A DNA stretch of 64,000 nucleotides. Origin: Utricularia gibba. Its lineage: Eukaryota > Plantae > Magnoliophyta. Both the position numbers and the translations under genes were made by a program. The stretch covers positions 372,001-436,000 of the forward strand of contig NEEC01000010.1 in NCBI GenBank assembly GCA_002189035.1. Direction: 5' to 3'. How positions within the stretch are numbered: the stretch's first letter is position 1; the number at the start of each line of letters is the position of its first letter. Shown piece after piece: positions 25,219 to 36,978 of this stretch. Under the pieces are notes generated by a model. That model searched no databases. It was not told where the DNA came from and saw only the letters and a list, made by a program, of their open reading frames with translations.

Positions 25219-25857
25219 TTTAGGTGTCATTTTTTAATTTATTATTGGGCATTATTAGGTGTTAATCTAGTATAAAGTCACCCAAATTAGGAATCTTAGT
25301 ATTAAGTATTTGATTTTATTAGAAAATTCCTCTTTTTCTATTTTTTATATATTTTCTCTATCTTTTTCGTGCACTTTGACCGAGATATGTCATGAGGCAG
25401 TTGTGGAGTGTTGTAGGAGTATTATAGGAGGTCACACTCTGACTTTTAATGCCTTTTATGCGACTTGGAACAATTGTAGGCGGAAGACTGACACCAGTCA
25501 AAGCTCCTGACTTACAGCATGTCAGAGTCTGCCGCAATGATTGGGCGCTAACTTGCACGCAAAGGAAAGCTGGTGGCGCATGCAAAACAGAAGGAATGAT
25601 GAGAAAAGGACCAGAAGGAGTTAATGCACATGGGGAGTGAGATAAAAACCAACTTGGAACACTTGTTTGAGAACTTTTCGACTTTTGACACTCTTTCTTT
25701 TTACTTAGAACTTTTGATTTCTTCCTCTCCTCAAAGGGAGAAAGAACACTTTGCCTCCATTTTCGTTTTTGTTTTCATAGCCCTTTTGAGCTAAACTCCT
25801 TTAGATTCTGGGAAGTAGATGAAGTTTCCTTACAAGTCTTGAGCATTCCACTCGGAC
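25219..25857 (+). mobile_element. 5' half of an Athila-family LTR (truncated)
   Basis: Starts TTTTAGGTGTCATTTT (family start TGTTAAGTGTCATTTT); reverse-colinear with 12800-13398. Confidence 0.8.
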
Positions 25858-25864
25858 TCATGGG

Positions 25865-26790
25865 CCATTATCTTGGTATTAAAGTGTGCCAAATGAAGGA
25901 TGACATTTTTATTTCTCACAGCTGATATGTTAAAGATCTTAGGTTTGATTAAAGCATTGCATGCAAGCTAATAATTCAATAGCAAGAGTAATGAAATTTT
26001 TTATAAATAATTCTAGTGAAAATGTAGATCCAATACTCTTCAAGAGTTTGGTTGGAAATTCGAGATATCTTATCAGTACCAGACCTAATATTCTGCATTT
26101 TGTGGGTTTAATGAGTTATTTCATGGAAGTTCCAACCTAGATGCACCTAACAGCTGCAAAAAGAATCTTGAGATATGTTAAGGGGACTATAAGTTTTGGC
26201 CTTTGGTTGGTTGAAGAATTTTGATAATTAATATTTGGTTGATTATCGTGACAGTGATTGAAAAGGTAGCTAAATGATACTAAGAGTATGTCTGGTATTG
26301 CATTCTTCTTTAGAAGCATGGTCTTTAGTTGGAGTTCTAAAAAGTAGTCAATTGTAGCAATTTCCATATCAAATTATTGTGTCTCTCAAGCAATATGGCT
26401 TTAAAATCTTTTGAGTAGTGTCGGGTTTATCCAGATAGGGCCTACCAAGATTCTGATAGATAATAAACCTGTCATTGAACTTGATTAGAATCCATGCATG
26501 TAGCCACAAGGTATCATCCCATTAGAGAATATGTTGGTGAGAAGGTTATGGAACTTGAATATGTTAAGTCACAAGATTCGTTGGTTAATATCTTCACAAA
26601 CCTTCTATCTCATGGAGTGTTTGTTGTGCTAAGAGGATTATTAAGAATGAAGGATGATTCAAGGATGAGCGTTGGAAGCAAGTCTGAAAACCATCAATGA
26701 AGTTATGCTGCTGGAAAAAGCCATCACCAAAGTTGTCATGTTGGAAGTTCTATGAAGCGATTATCAAGGGGTAGCTGCCAAATATGTATC
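25865..26790 (+). mobile_element. Ty1/copia RT-RNase H remnant
   Basis: YLGIKVCQ..IFIS; FKSLVGNSRYLISTRP..HLTAAKRILRYVKGT; FSWSSKK..VA; HVATRYHPIRE; many stops. Confidence 0.85.
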
Positions 26791-27351
26791 ATTTAGGAAG
26801 TTCAAGGCTTGTATGAAGTTAATGAGTTATAGTAATATCTGTAACATGTGTTTATTTGTACTATGAAATGTTGGATATATAACAAAGAAAACTTTGGCAT
26901 AACTATTTGAGGGATACTCTATATGTTGTTTAAGGTCTTCTGGTTTGAAGCAATGGAATTTATTTCGCTTCCAACATTAAACAAATCATTTTGGACCGAT
27001 TTGTGTTTTCTCCCAGATCTGCAGGTCTTGGATATGAGGGGTGCATTTGGATGGATTCTCACACTAAAACTATGGGACTATCATATGCATGACTCTCATG
27101 ATGTCATATCCATGACCACGTGCATATTAAATATTAATTATGATTATTACTGCACTGGGCTTTTTTGAAGAGGAATCACGTGGTGATTTTTCAGTACGAT
27201 CTCGGCTGGGCGCATAATTGGAGGAGTAAAAGAAAAGGAAGATGCTAGTTAATTTGAAAGTACTCATCTCTCTTCTAATTAATTTGAAAAATATCCATAG
27301 TCTCAAAACATTTTACAAAATATTCATTCTTAATATTTCTTTTAAAATATT

Positions 27352-27851
27352 TGTTGTGGGTAAAATCGATGTCCGATGGGGGGCCGATTTTAGGGTGATG
27401 TAATCGGGAATATCACACCTAATCACATATTTCACGGTTGATTCGGTTGAAATGAGAGTAAGCGAAGATTTTTATGTGGAAGCTGCTGGAAGACGGAAAA
27501 ACCACGGAGTTATCGGAGCTCGCTGGAAAAAATATCCACTATACGGAGGTGGCCAAGAAGAGGATACAAGTTGAAGAGTTCTCAGAGTCCACCTTTTCTC
27601 CTTAATGGTTTCTTCTATTTATGGAAGAGCCCAATCTGGCCGAATCCCGATGTCTGCTAATATCGATTGCTTTCTGCATCTGCTATACGATCTCGCTTTT
27701 CAAATATCGGCCGCCTGCTATGCCATGATTCGGCCGCTTTTTAGACTGTGCCTCTGATTTGCATCATTCGGTCGACTGGCGCGATCCTATCAGAACATAT
27801 CTTGACAGCTTTTCAGAGGTCGGCTTATTATACCCGATTTGTACCCCATCA
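27352..27851. mobile_element. Tat-family solo LTR (500 bp) inserted in the left MULE TIR
   Basis: TGTTGTGGG...CCCCATCA; perfect TSD ATATT; homologous to 16297-16807. Confidence 0.88.
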
Positions 27852-28987
27852 ATATTTTTTTATTTTTATATATACGATTATCTATATATCTATATGTATA
27901 TTAATTATTTTATTAAAATTCTGAAAAGCAATAATAAATATCATACTATATGATTTAAATGGTATATTATTGTAAAAAATTGTAATATATAATATTAATA
28001 AATTTAAAAGACATAAAATAAATTTCGATATAAATATTTAGTAATTATGTATCCATATATTGGAATATTGAATCATTTCATAAAGAATACGTAAAGATTA
28101 TTTATAATTATCATATAAATATTTGGTATCTATATGCATATTTATTATTTTATTAAAATTGTATGAAACAATAATAAATGCCATATTATATGATTTAAAT
28201 TGAATACGATTGAAAAATATTGTAATAAAATTTGATATATAATATTATTAAATCTAAAAGACATAACATAAATTTCAATATAAATATTTGGTAATAATTA
28301 TCCATATATTATAATATTAAATCATTTGGTAAAAAAATACGTAAATATTATTCACAGTTATTATACTAAATGTTTTATCATGTCTCTATTAAGAATATAA
28401 TTGATGTATAACAGTTTATTTGAAATATATATTTTTTAAAAAATAACTAAATATAAATATTTTTCGAACGCTTCTTAGAATCACAAGCAATGCTCAACAT
28501 ATTCTGGGTGCCACTTGAATAAGGAGCCGCACCCAACAAAGATCTCATGAGTGAATACATATTGCATCACTCTTTGAAAATATGAGCATTTCAATAGAGT
28601 GATATAGTTTCGATCAATAATTTTAGAATTATCCCCAAAATATTTTATCCATTAAAGCAACTAAATCTTTGTGTTCATAATAAAATTACATTGTGTATAT
28701 TAGTAATTTAAACAACAATGATAAATATAATTTGATTTGTATTTAAACTATATATTATTAAAAACATTTTGTAATAAAATGAGATATATTGTATTGTGTA
28801 ATTTAAAAATATAAATAAATATCGATATTACTATTTGGTAATTATTTTCAATATAGTTTTATAGTAAATCAATACGAAAAATGCATAAATACTGTATAAT
28901 TTTTGGACGCTGCTAAGAATAACAAGTAGCATGCAACATTTTGTGGGCGGCGCTTCAAATAAGAAGCAGCATCGAGGCGCGGTGTTT

Positions 28988-30069
28988 CTAGTAATACATT
29001 ATACATAACTCTTTCGAAACATCTGCACGTCCCTTGTCCATGTACACAATATCTGCAAGTAGACCGTTAATATCTAAAATGCTTAATTTCTTTGGACTTG
29101 AAACATCAACTTCCTGCAAAGTGAACATTGGATACCTTGTTTCATATTGGTAGATGGTTTTCTTCAATTGGTCTACTTCCTTTCTGGCCTCTTAAGGCTC
29201 AGAACGCAATTGCACAACATCATGATCTTCTACTTTTATGGAGCAAATGAACTGACAGTCTCCTTCTCATAAACATCATTATGTGTTGTATGTTATCCTT
29301 CTACCTCATGTTTTTCGAGATGAGTGTGCACTATTCTTATCCTATGAGGAGTGCCACACCAAATACGTATTGCACCTCTGACATTCGAAAATGGTGGTTC
29401 AATATCTCTCCATCTCATGTCTTTTGTTATTAGTAATGCTCCAAGACACTGTTTGTCATCTTCATCCAACAATTGGATACTTTATAATATAAAAAAATTA
29501 TTAGTTGAAAACATAAACAATGTTAAGAAAATCAAAAGAGTCTTACAAAGGAAGCATTTTCTATCTATTGGTTTTCCAACATTGAACGAGGTTGAAAGAT
29601 GTCTAGGTATTCTTATTCGCATATCTTCAGGTGGAGTGACCCATACGAAACTAGTCCACTAATTTCCATCGGAGTCTCGTAAACCTGTAACTATTTTAAT
29701 TCCCGCCTTTGATGATATTGTGAAATGATTTGTGTGAGCAACCTTGGAACATTTTGCAATGCTAAACAATGCAACAACACTAAGTGGATATCTATCATTT
29801 TCACATAACCTCATAAATGCAACAATATTTCCAATAGAAGCTGATGTTAAATGAGATAATGGAAGCCGCACCGAACGAAGCACGGACTCTACAAAGGGTT
29901 GGATAGGTAACCTTAACCCACATCTGAAATGTTCGGTGCTAACTGCAAAAGTACGAGTGCCAACACGCTGTGGTGGTTGATCTAAAATTTGTTCATCTTC
30001 TTCTTTGTCTGATATAATGAAATTCTCAGGAATTAAGTATCTTTGTCTAATCTTGTCTTCAAAAGTCAT
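28988..30069 (-). pseudogene. MULE cargo gene: Transposase_28-like domain - coiled coil - start of an FCP1/NIF HAD domain (truncated)
   Basis: IRQRYLIP..PP..FAVSTEHFRCGLRLPIQPFVESVL..LSHLTSAS..IVAFMRLC..IVTGLRDSDGN*WTSFVWV; candidate intron at about 29480-29545; EARKEVDQLKKTIYQYETRY; KKLSILDINGLLADIVY at 29042-29092. Confidence 0.82.
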
Positions 30070-30519
30070 CTATCATTGTGAATGTTAGTGGAGTTAGTAA
30101 AAATACAACATGTATAGAATATAAAAAATAGAAAGACGTCATATACCTTGAATGAATTGGTTGGATTTGAAATGGTATGCGAGAAGAATAAGATTTTTCT
30201 CAAGAAAAAAAATTTATGTGAAGAAAAATTCACATACATGGTAAAGAAGAAGGTGAAGGTTGGTGAAGATACGACGGAAGAGGATAAGAGGGTATAGGGT
30301 TTGAAGAGGAAGTTTGATGTGTATTTAATTGAGTTAGTTATATATTTAATTTTTTGAAATATTTTGAATTTTTCCAATAATATTTGAAAAAATTAATTAT
30401 AATTTTTCATAACAAGGTCATGAGTATATTTTTAATAACAAAATAGGACATTATGACTACAAATTGTAAAGAAGTAAATAATTAAGACTTTATTATTACA
30501 AAATTTTCACTCTCTAAGC

Positions 30520-30820
30520 ATTGGGCATTGTTTGCTGTACTAAGCAGCACCTAGACATCCATGGACGTCACTTACAGATCATAAGCAATGCCTAAGGATG
30601 CTATGGGTGTTGCTTATGGATATAAGTGATGCCTAGAAACGCACTGAGCATTGGTTTATAATGCCATGGGCACTACTTAGATGTATAAGCGACGCCCAGC
30701 TCCACCTTTGGGTGACGCTTCATGATATGAACGACGCCCATCATGGCCAGTCGTCGCCTAGAAATATTTGTAGCTTCCAATAGTGTCGTGGGCGTGACTT
30801 ATGTGTCTATACAGCGCCCA
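30520..30820. repeat. Tandem array of about 7 imperfect 32-bp palindromes TGGGCRYYRCTTA-N6-TAAGYRRYGCCYA
   Basis: Examples: TGGGCACTACTTAGATGTATAAGCGACGCCCA and TGGGTGTTGCTTATGGATATAAGTGATGCCTA; period about 40-45 bp; the same motif occurs at 28465-28540, 28905-28980 and 33040-33370. Confidence 0.85.
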
Positions 30821-31099
30821 AGAGGTGAATGAGTGATGTTTTGTGTGAGACAATATAAAATAATTTATATGACATTCTTTAAAATACAATGATAATGACA
30901 TTCTAATTCATTTTTTACTTACAGAGAAAAATCTCATAACTCTTTCAAACTTAGACTTTTTTCCATGAACACACTATGTAGTAGAGGTACCAAACTCATG
31001 TGTATCATACATTTGTTGTGTCGCAGAATAATGCACCGATGATCTAGGTTGCACATCGATGGGGTATTGGTTCGATGGGATGATGCCTGAAATGATGCA

Positions 31100-32800
31100 C
31101 GATGTCTCTGTGACTGACTTTCTTGAGTGAACTCTGTTTCAAGTGACTCGTCTCGTCTGCCCGTATATCATCTCGATTTTCTACCTTGATAATCCATTGG
31201 CATTGTAAACCTCATCAATGGGGTCTCCCATGGCAGACATTTTTTTTTGTGGTTGGAGTCATGGACCATTAAAAACGGTGCTGGCGGCCATCTATCCTCA
31301 AATTGCAATGGCTGAATTTGATTCTCATATATTTGAATCTGCTGGTCAAGATGTAACATGGAATTGATCACATCCATATGATCAATATTTAGCATTCGGC
31401 ATGCCTTCACACATGAAGTTACAAGTGAGTATGATGCAAAAGATAAAATACATAATCAATGGAGTCGAGCATGTACCTGCTGGGCATGGGAGCATGGAAT
31501 TCCAATATTTTGCCACTTCCTACACTCGCACATGCCTTGACTAACCATCACTATTAACTTCTTTTGTTTTCCATTTTTTCTGCGAGTGGTAACCATAACC
31601 TTCTTTTGAGCATGATCAACTACTTTTATTGATGCATGAGTGATTGGTTTATTCCAATGTGAGTATAGTTTATGAGGTTGGTCTACGAACACAATGTATC
31701 GTTGACGTTGATGTAGTACCTTTTGTAGTCTATCAGAAAAGTAGCGCTCACATCACGCAAAATTTAGCCTACTCATAAAAAGGAAAGCATTGGTAACTAT
31801 ATTTGTGAATATGCATCTAGAATTAATGGTACCTATGCCAACGAGCACAAAGGTAGGTGTCTCATGCCCTTTAATATTCCATTCATGCCTTCAACTTGAT
31901 TTGTTGTTAAGATCCTGTACCTACGTAATATGCAATAATGTAGATTAAACATTAGATGAGCATGGAAATATTTATGACTGCATCTTGCTCCTTCATCATA
32001 CACTAGAGTCTAGGATTCAAGTTGTAACCGATTTAGGTACTCCAATTCTTCTAGGTGTATTTTGTAAATTTCTTCCATGTAGAGCCTCAACTTAATTGTC
32101 GATGTGGCATACACGTCTTTCATAAATAGTTCACGCATACATGGAAATTTGTCATACTTGCTGAGAAAATTGGACCGCAAGTGACGTATGCAATATCTAC
32201 GTGAACCTCCATAGTCAGGCATGAATGTCCTAACTTTTGATGTCGCATTTTCTATAGAGAGGCACTGATCTGATATACTACAACATGCCCAGTTAGCAAC
32301 CATATGCCGATCCAGTAATTGAATAAACCAATGCCACGAGTCATCATTTTCACTGTCAACAATCGCAAATGCAAAAGGCAAGAGGAGACCAAAAGTGTAC
32401 TATTATAGCAATCAATAATTTATGAGAGTATCGCGAATACAAATGGGTGGCATCCACCGTGATCACAGGTCAACAAAAATGGAATGTCTGAATGCATTAT
32501 CCAAAAGACTAAAATACGTATTTCAGTATCTTGGTTTCATATACGTCCGGCTGCCTATGTTGATATTCCACAATGATGCTTGGATTTCTAAATTGTACTT
32601 CCAAAAGAAATTGAGGTAGAAGGGGTACTGAAGACTCCCATGTCCCATAAATAATTTTAGAGCTTTTTTGCATGTCATACCACGCTCGATAATAGGAGAC
32701 ACTATAGCCGGTTTTCTCTTTTTCCGATCCCAATCTAGGTAATTTATCCCGAGGAAAAGCCATGTAGAAATCAAGGAAGAAGAAAGGGAAAAGAGAAGAA
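31100..32800 (-). pseudogene. MuDR/MULE transposase remnant with SWIM zinc finger
   Basis: VSYYRAW; PFAFAIVDSENDDSWHWF..RRYCIRHLRSNF; TTNQVEGMNGILKG; CECRKWQNIGIPCSHA. Confidence 0.92.
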
Positions 32801-34190
32801 ACAATAGGAGATGGTCATGATCTTTGTTTTGAATGTTTTGTATGAAAATTTCGTAGTAGTGACAGACTTTTAGTTTTTTGGTTGATAATTTTGAATGTTT
32901 TGTATAGCACTACACTTTTTGTTTAGGGAGAAATCTCAAGTTGTTGATCTCATATGTATAAATTCAAAATTGTGTCACTCTATTGGAATGCTCATGTTCT
33001 AGAAGAGTTATGCAGTATGTATTACTTATGAGACCTTTCATGAGCGCAACTTCTAATTGGAAGTGACGCCCAAAATATGTTAGACGCTACTTATTATTCT
33101 AAGCGGTGTCTGATACATCTTGGGCACTGCTTGTTATTCAAAGCAATGTCCAGAATATATACATTAGTTTCTTTAATAAAATCGAAAATCGAATATATAA
33201 CATTCTCAGGTTGTTGATCGATATTGTATCACTCTATCGGAATACTCATGTTTCAAAAGAGTGATACAGTATGTATTCATTTATGAGACCTTTCCTAGGC
33301 ACGGCTTGCTACTCGAAGTAGCGCCCAGAATATGTTGGACGCGATTTGTGATTTTAAGCAAAGTTCGAAAAATATTTATGTTTAGTTCTTTTATAAAAAA
33401 TATATATTTCAAATAAATTGTTATGCATATCAATTATATCATTAATAGAGACATGATAAAAATATTTTAGAATTAAACATAATGTGCTGAAATCATTTAA
33501 TAATATTTACATATTTTTTACGAAATGATTCAATATTACAATATATATAATTATTATCAATTATTTATATCATTATTTATTTTATGTTTTTTAGATTTAA
33601 TAATATTATATATCAAATTTATGACAATGTTTTTCAATAGTATACAATTTATATCATATGATATATTATTGATTATTGTTTATTATAATTTTAATAAAAT
33701 AATGAATATGCATATCTATATATATATATAATTTCATACATAAAAAAAACAGAACAAAATCAAAAAATACATTGACATGTCAGTGTATTTCATTTTTTTG
33801 ACATTTATTTATAAAAAAAATATAAGGATGAGTATTTTGTAAAAGGTTTTGAAAGAATGAATATTTTTCAAATTAAATTGAAGATATATGAATATTTTTC
33901 AAATGGACCTACGGAGATGCCCAAATTGTATGGGTACCCTACCCTACCCTCCCCTGGATGGAGCTTTTGAAGAACTTGAGAAGATCCTTGGACGATTGTA
34001 TTGGAAGGCAGGGTTTTTGTGACAATGGAAGGGAACCAACCATTTTCCCCATTGCTTGCTAGTTGCTTCATTTGCTGATGTTGCGTATAAAAAAATGGGT
34101 AGGTTGATTTGGCCATTATTAACGAGCGCCTGCCTGGGTCAGTTTGTTCACAAGGGTTGGGCTGTGCTGAAATGTGAGGCGGAGAAGGGC

Positions 34191-34215
34191 TGGTCTGGTC
34201 TGGTCTGGTCTGGTC
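34191..34215. repeat. (TGGTC)5 pentanucleotide repeat
   Basis: Direct reading. Confidence 0.9.
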
Positions 34216-35019
34216 TGCACCCAAGTTGCCAAGTAGAAGAACCCTGCCCGAAGCCAAGCCAATGGAGTAAATGAAAGATGCCAAACAGCACAGGGACCGG
34301 CTACCGACAAACACGTGCTGTGGTGGTAGTTGTCCAATTAATGGGGGTGGGGGTGTAAGAGTAATTTACAATTTCCATGACAACAAAGAAGACGGCGTGG
34401 CGTGAGGAGGGCACAGTTCGTTCGTTTTACCAATACCCAAACATTGGAACAGCAAAACTGCGATGGGGGGATGCTTTTCTTTCTTTTATTGGGTGGATGA
34501 GTAACTCCATCACCAACCTGCATATGCCCACAGGCAATGAAACCTGAACGAATAAAATGGCATTCGGTGTTTGTGGAACACTGGATTGCCGAATTTGACA
34601 TTCAGTCTTATTCAAATTATTGATATAGAGTTTGAATGTCCAAGTGTGCTTCGGATTAAATCCACCGATTTATTCATTATTTTATTTTGAATAGTTTTTT
34701 ATGATGGGTTGAATAATTTTATTAATTTTTTATAAGAATTATTGAATGTAACCCCAAAAAATTATTGACAAAATACAACAAGACAGGAGGAGAAAGTCGA
34801 TAAACGGGAAGGATTCCGGAGTGGGTGGCAGAGGTACACAAGATAGGCATTTTTCCTAAAAACGAAACCCACGTTCCTGTCTGAAATGGTATGCAAAAAG
34901 ACAGAGCAAAAAGCAAAAAAGGAAAAGATAATGAACTCGAATTCCACAACGGCGACAGTAATCCAACAAACCCTAAAGGAGAGTCAGAGAAAGCAACTCA
35001 CGCACAGCCATCGTCATCG

Positions 35020-36978
35020 TCAGCTCCCCTGGTTCATTGCAGCTACGGCAGCCTCTATCTTCTGCTTTAAAACCTCTTTGTCCTCCTCTCTGCCCTAAAA
35101 CATTAAAACCCCACTGAGTTTCTGCTTGAGTTTGGGATTTGCTGAGGGAAGAGGAAGAGAGAAGAAGAAGAAGAAGATGGTAGGTTTTCAATGGGCCTCC
35201 CAATGATTTACTTGAATAAATTAATCCTCCCCTCCTCCCCCCTCACATCACAAACACACAATAAAATAATAAAGAAAGATGCGCATTTATTACACACAAT
35301 AAATTATAAATAACGTTACTTTCATTAACCTACAATAAAATTCAATCAAGCATGTTGTAAAAACTTGAAATATAAAGACCAGCTTTTTCAGTGTAAACTG
35401 TTCCTCTGTGGTTGTCGCAGTTAAGGAAATGATGGTCACGTGGATTTTCTAATTTTCTTGCAAGAAAGCCCACCTGTGATTGATAGGTGCTGTATCCCAA
35501 ATGCAAATAAAAATACCTTTTTTCTACTCACTGCAATTAAAAATACTTTTAAACACCTTTCGACCTACTCAGGCGACCCTTTCAATCGATGAGTCTTAAC
35601 ATGATATATGAACATCTGATTGAGCGACCAATACGAGTTTTGAGGTTAGTTCCATTCAGTCCGATAAAAACACAGAAACAAACAAACACACGGCACGTTG
35701 AAAGAAAATGACAAGTACCTCAAGCATAGCGTTCATGTGAAGCTTTCCTTGGAGCGCAGTAGTGTTGCATGTGATAATCTTCAGGTTCAGCGATTCCAGG
35801 ACTTGGAAGAGGTGGACGATTGTTTGTCTTCTTTCTGTGGAGCTTAAGCTTACAATCATTGTGTTGCCTCCCATGCTCGTCACGTTTAGCTGCCATCAAC
35901 CATTCGGATAAAATTCATACAAAATCCCCGAAAGTTTTCTTCGTACGATCCGAAAAACTGAACATGTTACTAATGCTACCACGTTTTTGTTACAAAACCG
36001 GAATTGACTTTTGTTTAAAAATAAGCAGAAAAGCAAGAAAAAAAATGATTTGATTAAAAGGGGGAAAGAAGAAGTCGGTGTTTTTAATTGCTAGCTGTGC
36101 AGTAAACAGACCTCGAGGACTTCAATGGGAGAAGAGTCAGAAAATGATGTGACTGTTGCCTTTGGGATTGAACAATCTGCACTCGCCTCTTGATCAGATT
36201 GAGGGTTTCTTCTTTGGTTAACAGACTGCAACTCATTGATTTCTCCCTGGATCTTCTTCTCTTCTTCTTGAAGTGACTGTATGAAGCTGATGGCATCTTT
36301 CACTGTCGAGGCCTTATCCATCTGCATCAGACAAGCAGCAGCTTCACTCGGGCAGACTTAGAATCTCTAAGCAGTACTTCTTCTAGATTTAAAGGATTTA
36401 TAACCAAGGGAGTGTTTCTTGGTTTTGACTTTGATTTTCTTTTGAAAATTACAATGTGATTCTAGTTCTAAATTATTGAAAAATATAGAAGCATGAAGGA
36501 AACATAGAATGAGATTTTATTGAACATTTCATGAAAGCCAATTTAATTGAGAAGTGGAATTTCAATGGGTAACAAGTGCCAGTCAACAACAAAAGGCCAA
36601 CCTTAGAGATGTTGGGAACAACTGATCTGAGCGCGTAGAGAGTTTCATTGAGCTTCTTCCTTCTGTTTCTCTCGGAAGCAACGGTTTTAGATGCTGCAAG
36701 TGATTGGTCAACGTCCGGAGAGCTGGAGCTGGGATCATTGAAACTGCTGGAGGAAATCGGATCACTGCAGCCCGATAAGGGTAGGGGCAGGGGCATTTTT
36801 TCAAAGCAACTGCACCACATGAAGCATCTTCGTCCTTAATTAGGCCATAGAGAAGCGAGAAGAAGAAGAAGAAGAAGAAGAAAGCTCCCATTCCAAATAA
36901 ATACCTCTGGAGCTCTTCGATTTCGTGGAACATTTTTGTTTCCCAGTAGTTACTGTAATCATCATGGTCGCCATCCAT
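35020..36978 (-). CDS. bHLH35: bHLH transcription factor with C-terminal ACT-like domain (bHLH35/27-like), 245 aa; exons 36978-36905, 36809-36602, 36321-36112, 35889-35719, 35094-35020
   Basis: SNYWE; SKTVASERNRRKKLNETLYALRSVVPNISK|MDKASTVKDAISFIQSLQEEEKK; IEVLE|LNVTSMG..ESLNLKIIT; all splice phases are consistent (738 nt). Confidence 0.92.
36859..36882. repeat. (GAA)8 microsatellite in bHLH intron 1
   Basis: Direct reading. Confidence 0.9.

Larger units (their letters stand above)
27248..33905 (-). mobile_element. Mutator-like element (MULE) with roughly 0.9-1.2-kb modular TIRs, a decayed transposase and a second cargo gene
   Basis: Reverse complement of 33040-33905 aligns with 27248-27351 plus 27870-28980; internal MULE, TTN..E..N and SWIM motifs; exact termini uncertain by a few bp. 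Confidence 0.85.

Noticed and set aside
30520-30820. Palindromic repeat array resembling a CRISPR array
   Set aside because: Eukaryotic transposon context, degenerate repeats, spacers only about 10 bp, no cas genes; the motif also occurs in the MULE TIRs.
27238-33920. Candidate 9-bp MULE TSD GAAGATGCT / GGAGATGCC
   Set aside because: Two mismatches, and it needs unequal terminus positions; the ends cannot be fixed by eye.
33930-34450. GC-richer island with (TGGTC)5 and a G-box, with several overlapping ORFs
   Set aside because: ORFs are low-complexity with no recognisable domain or splice structure; may be regulatory, but this is unsupported.
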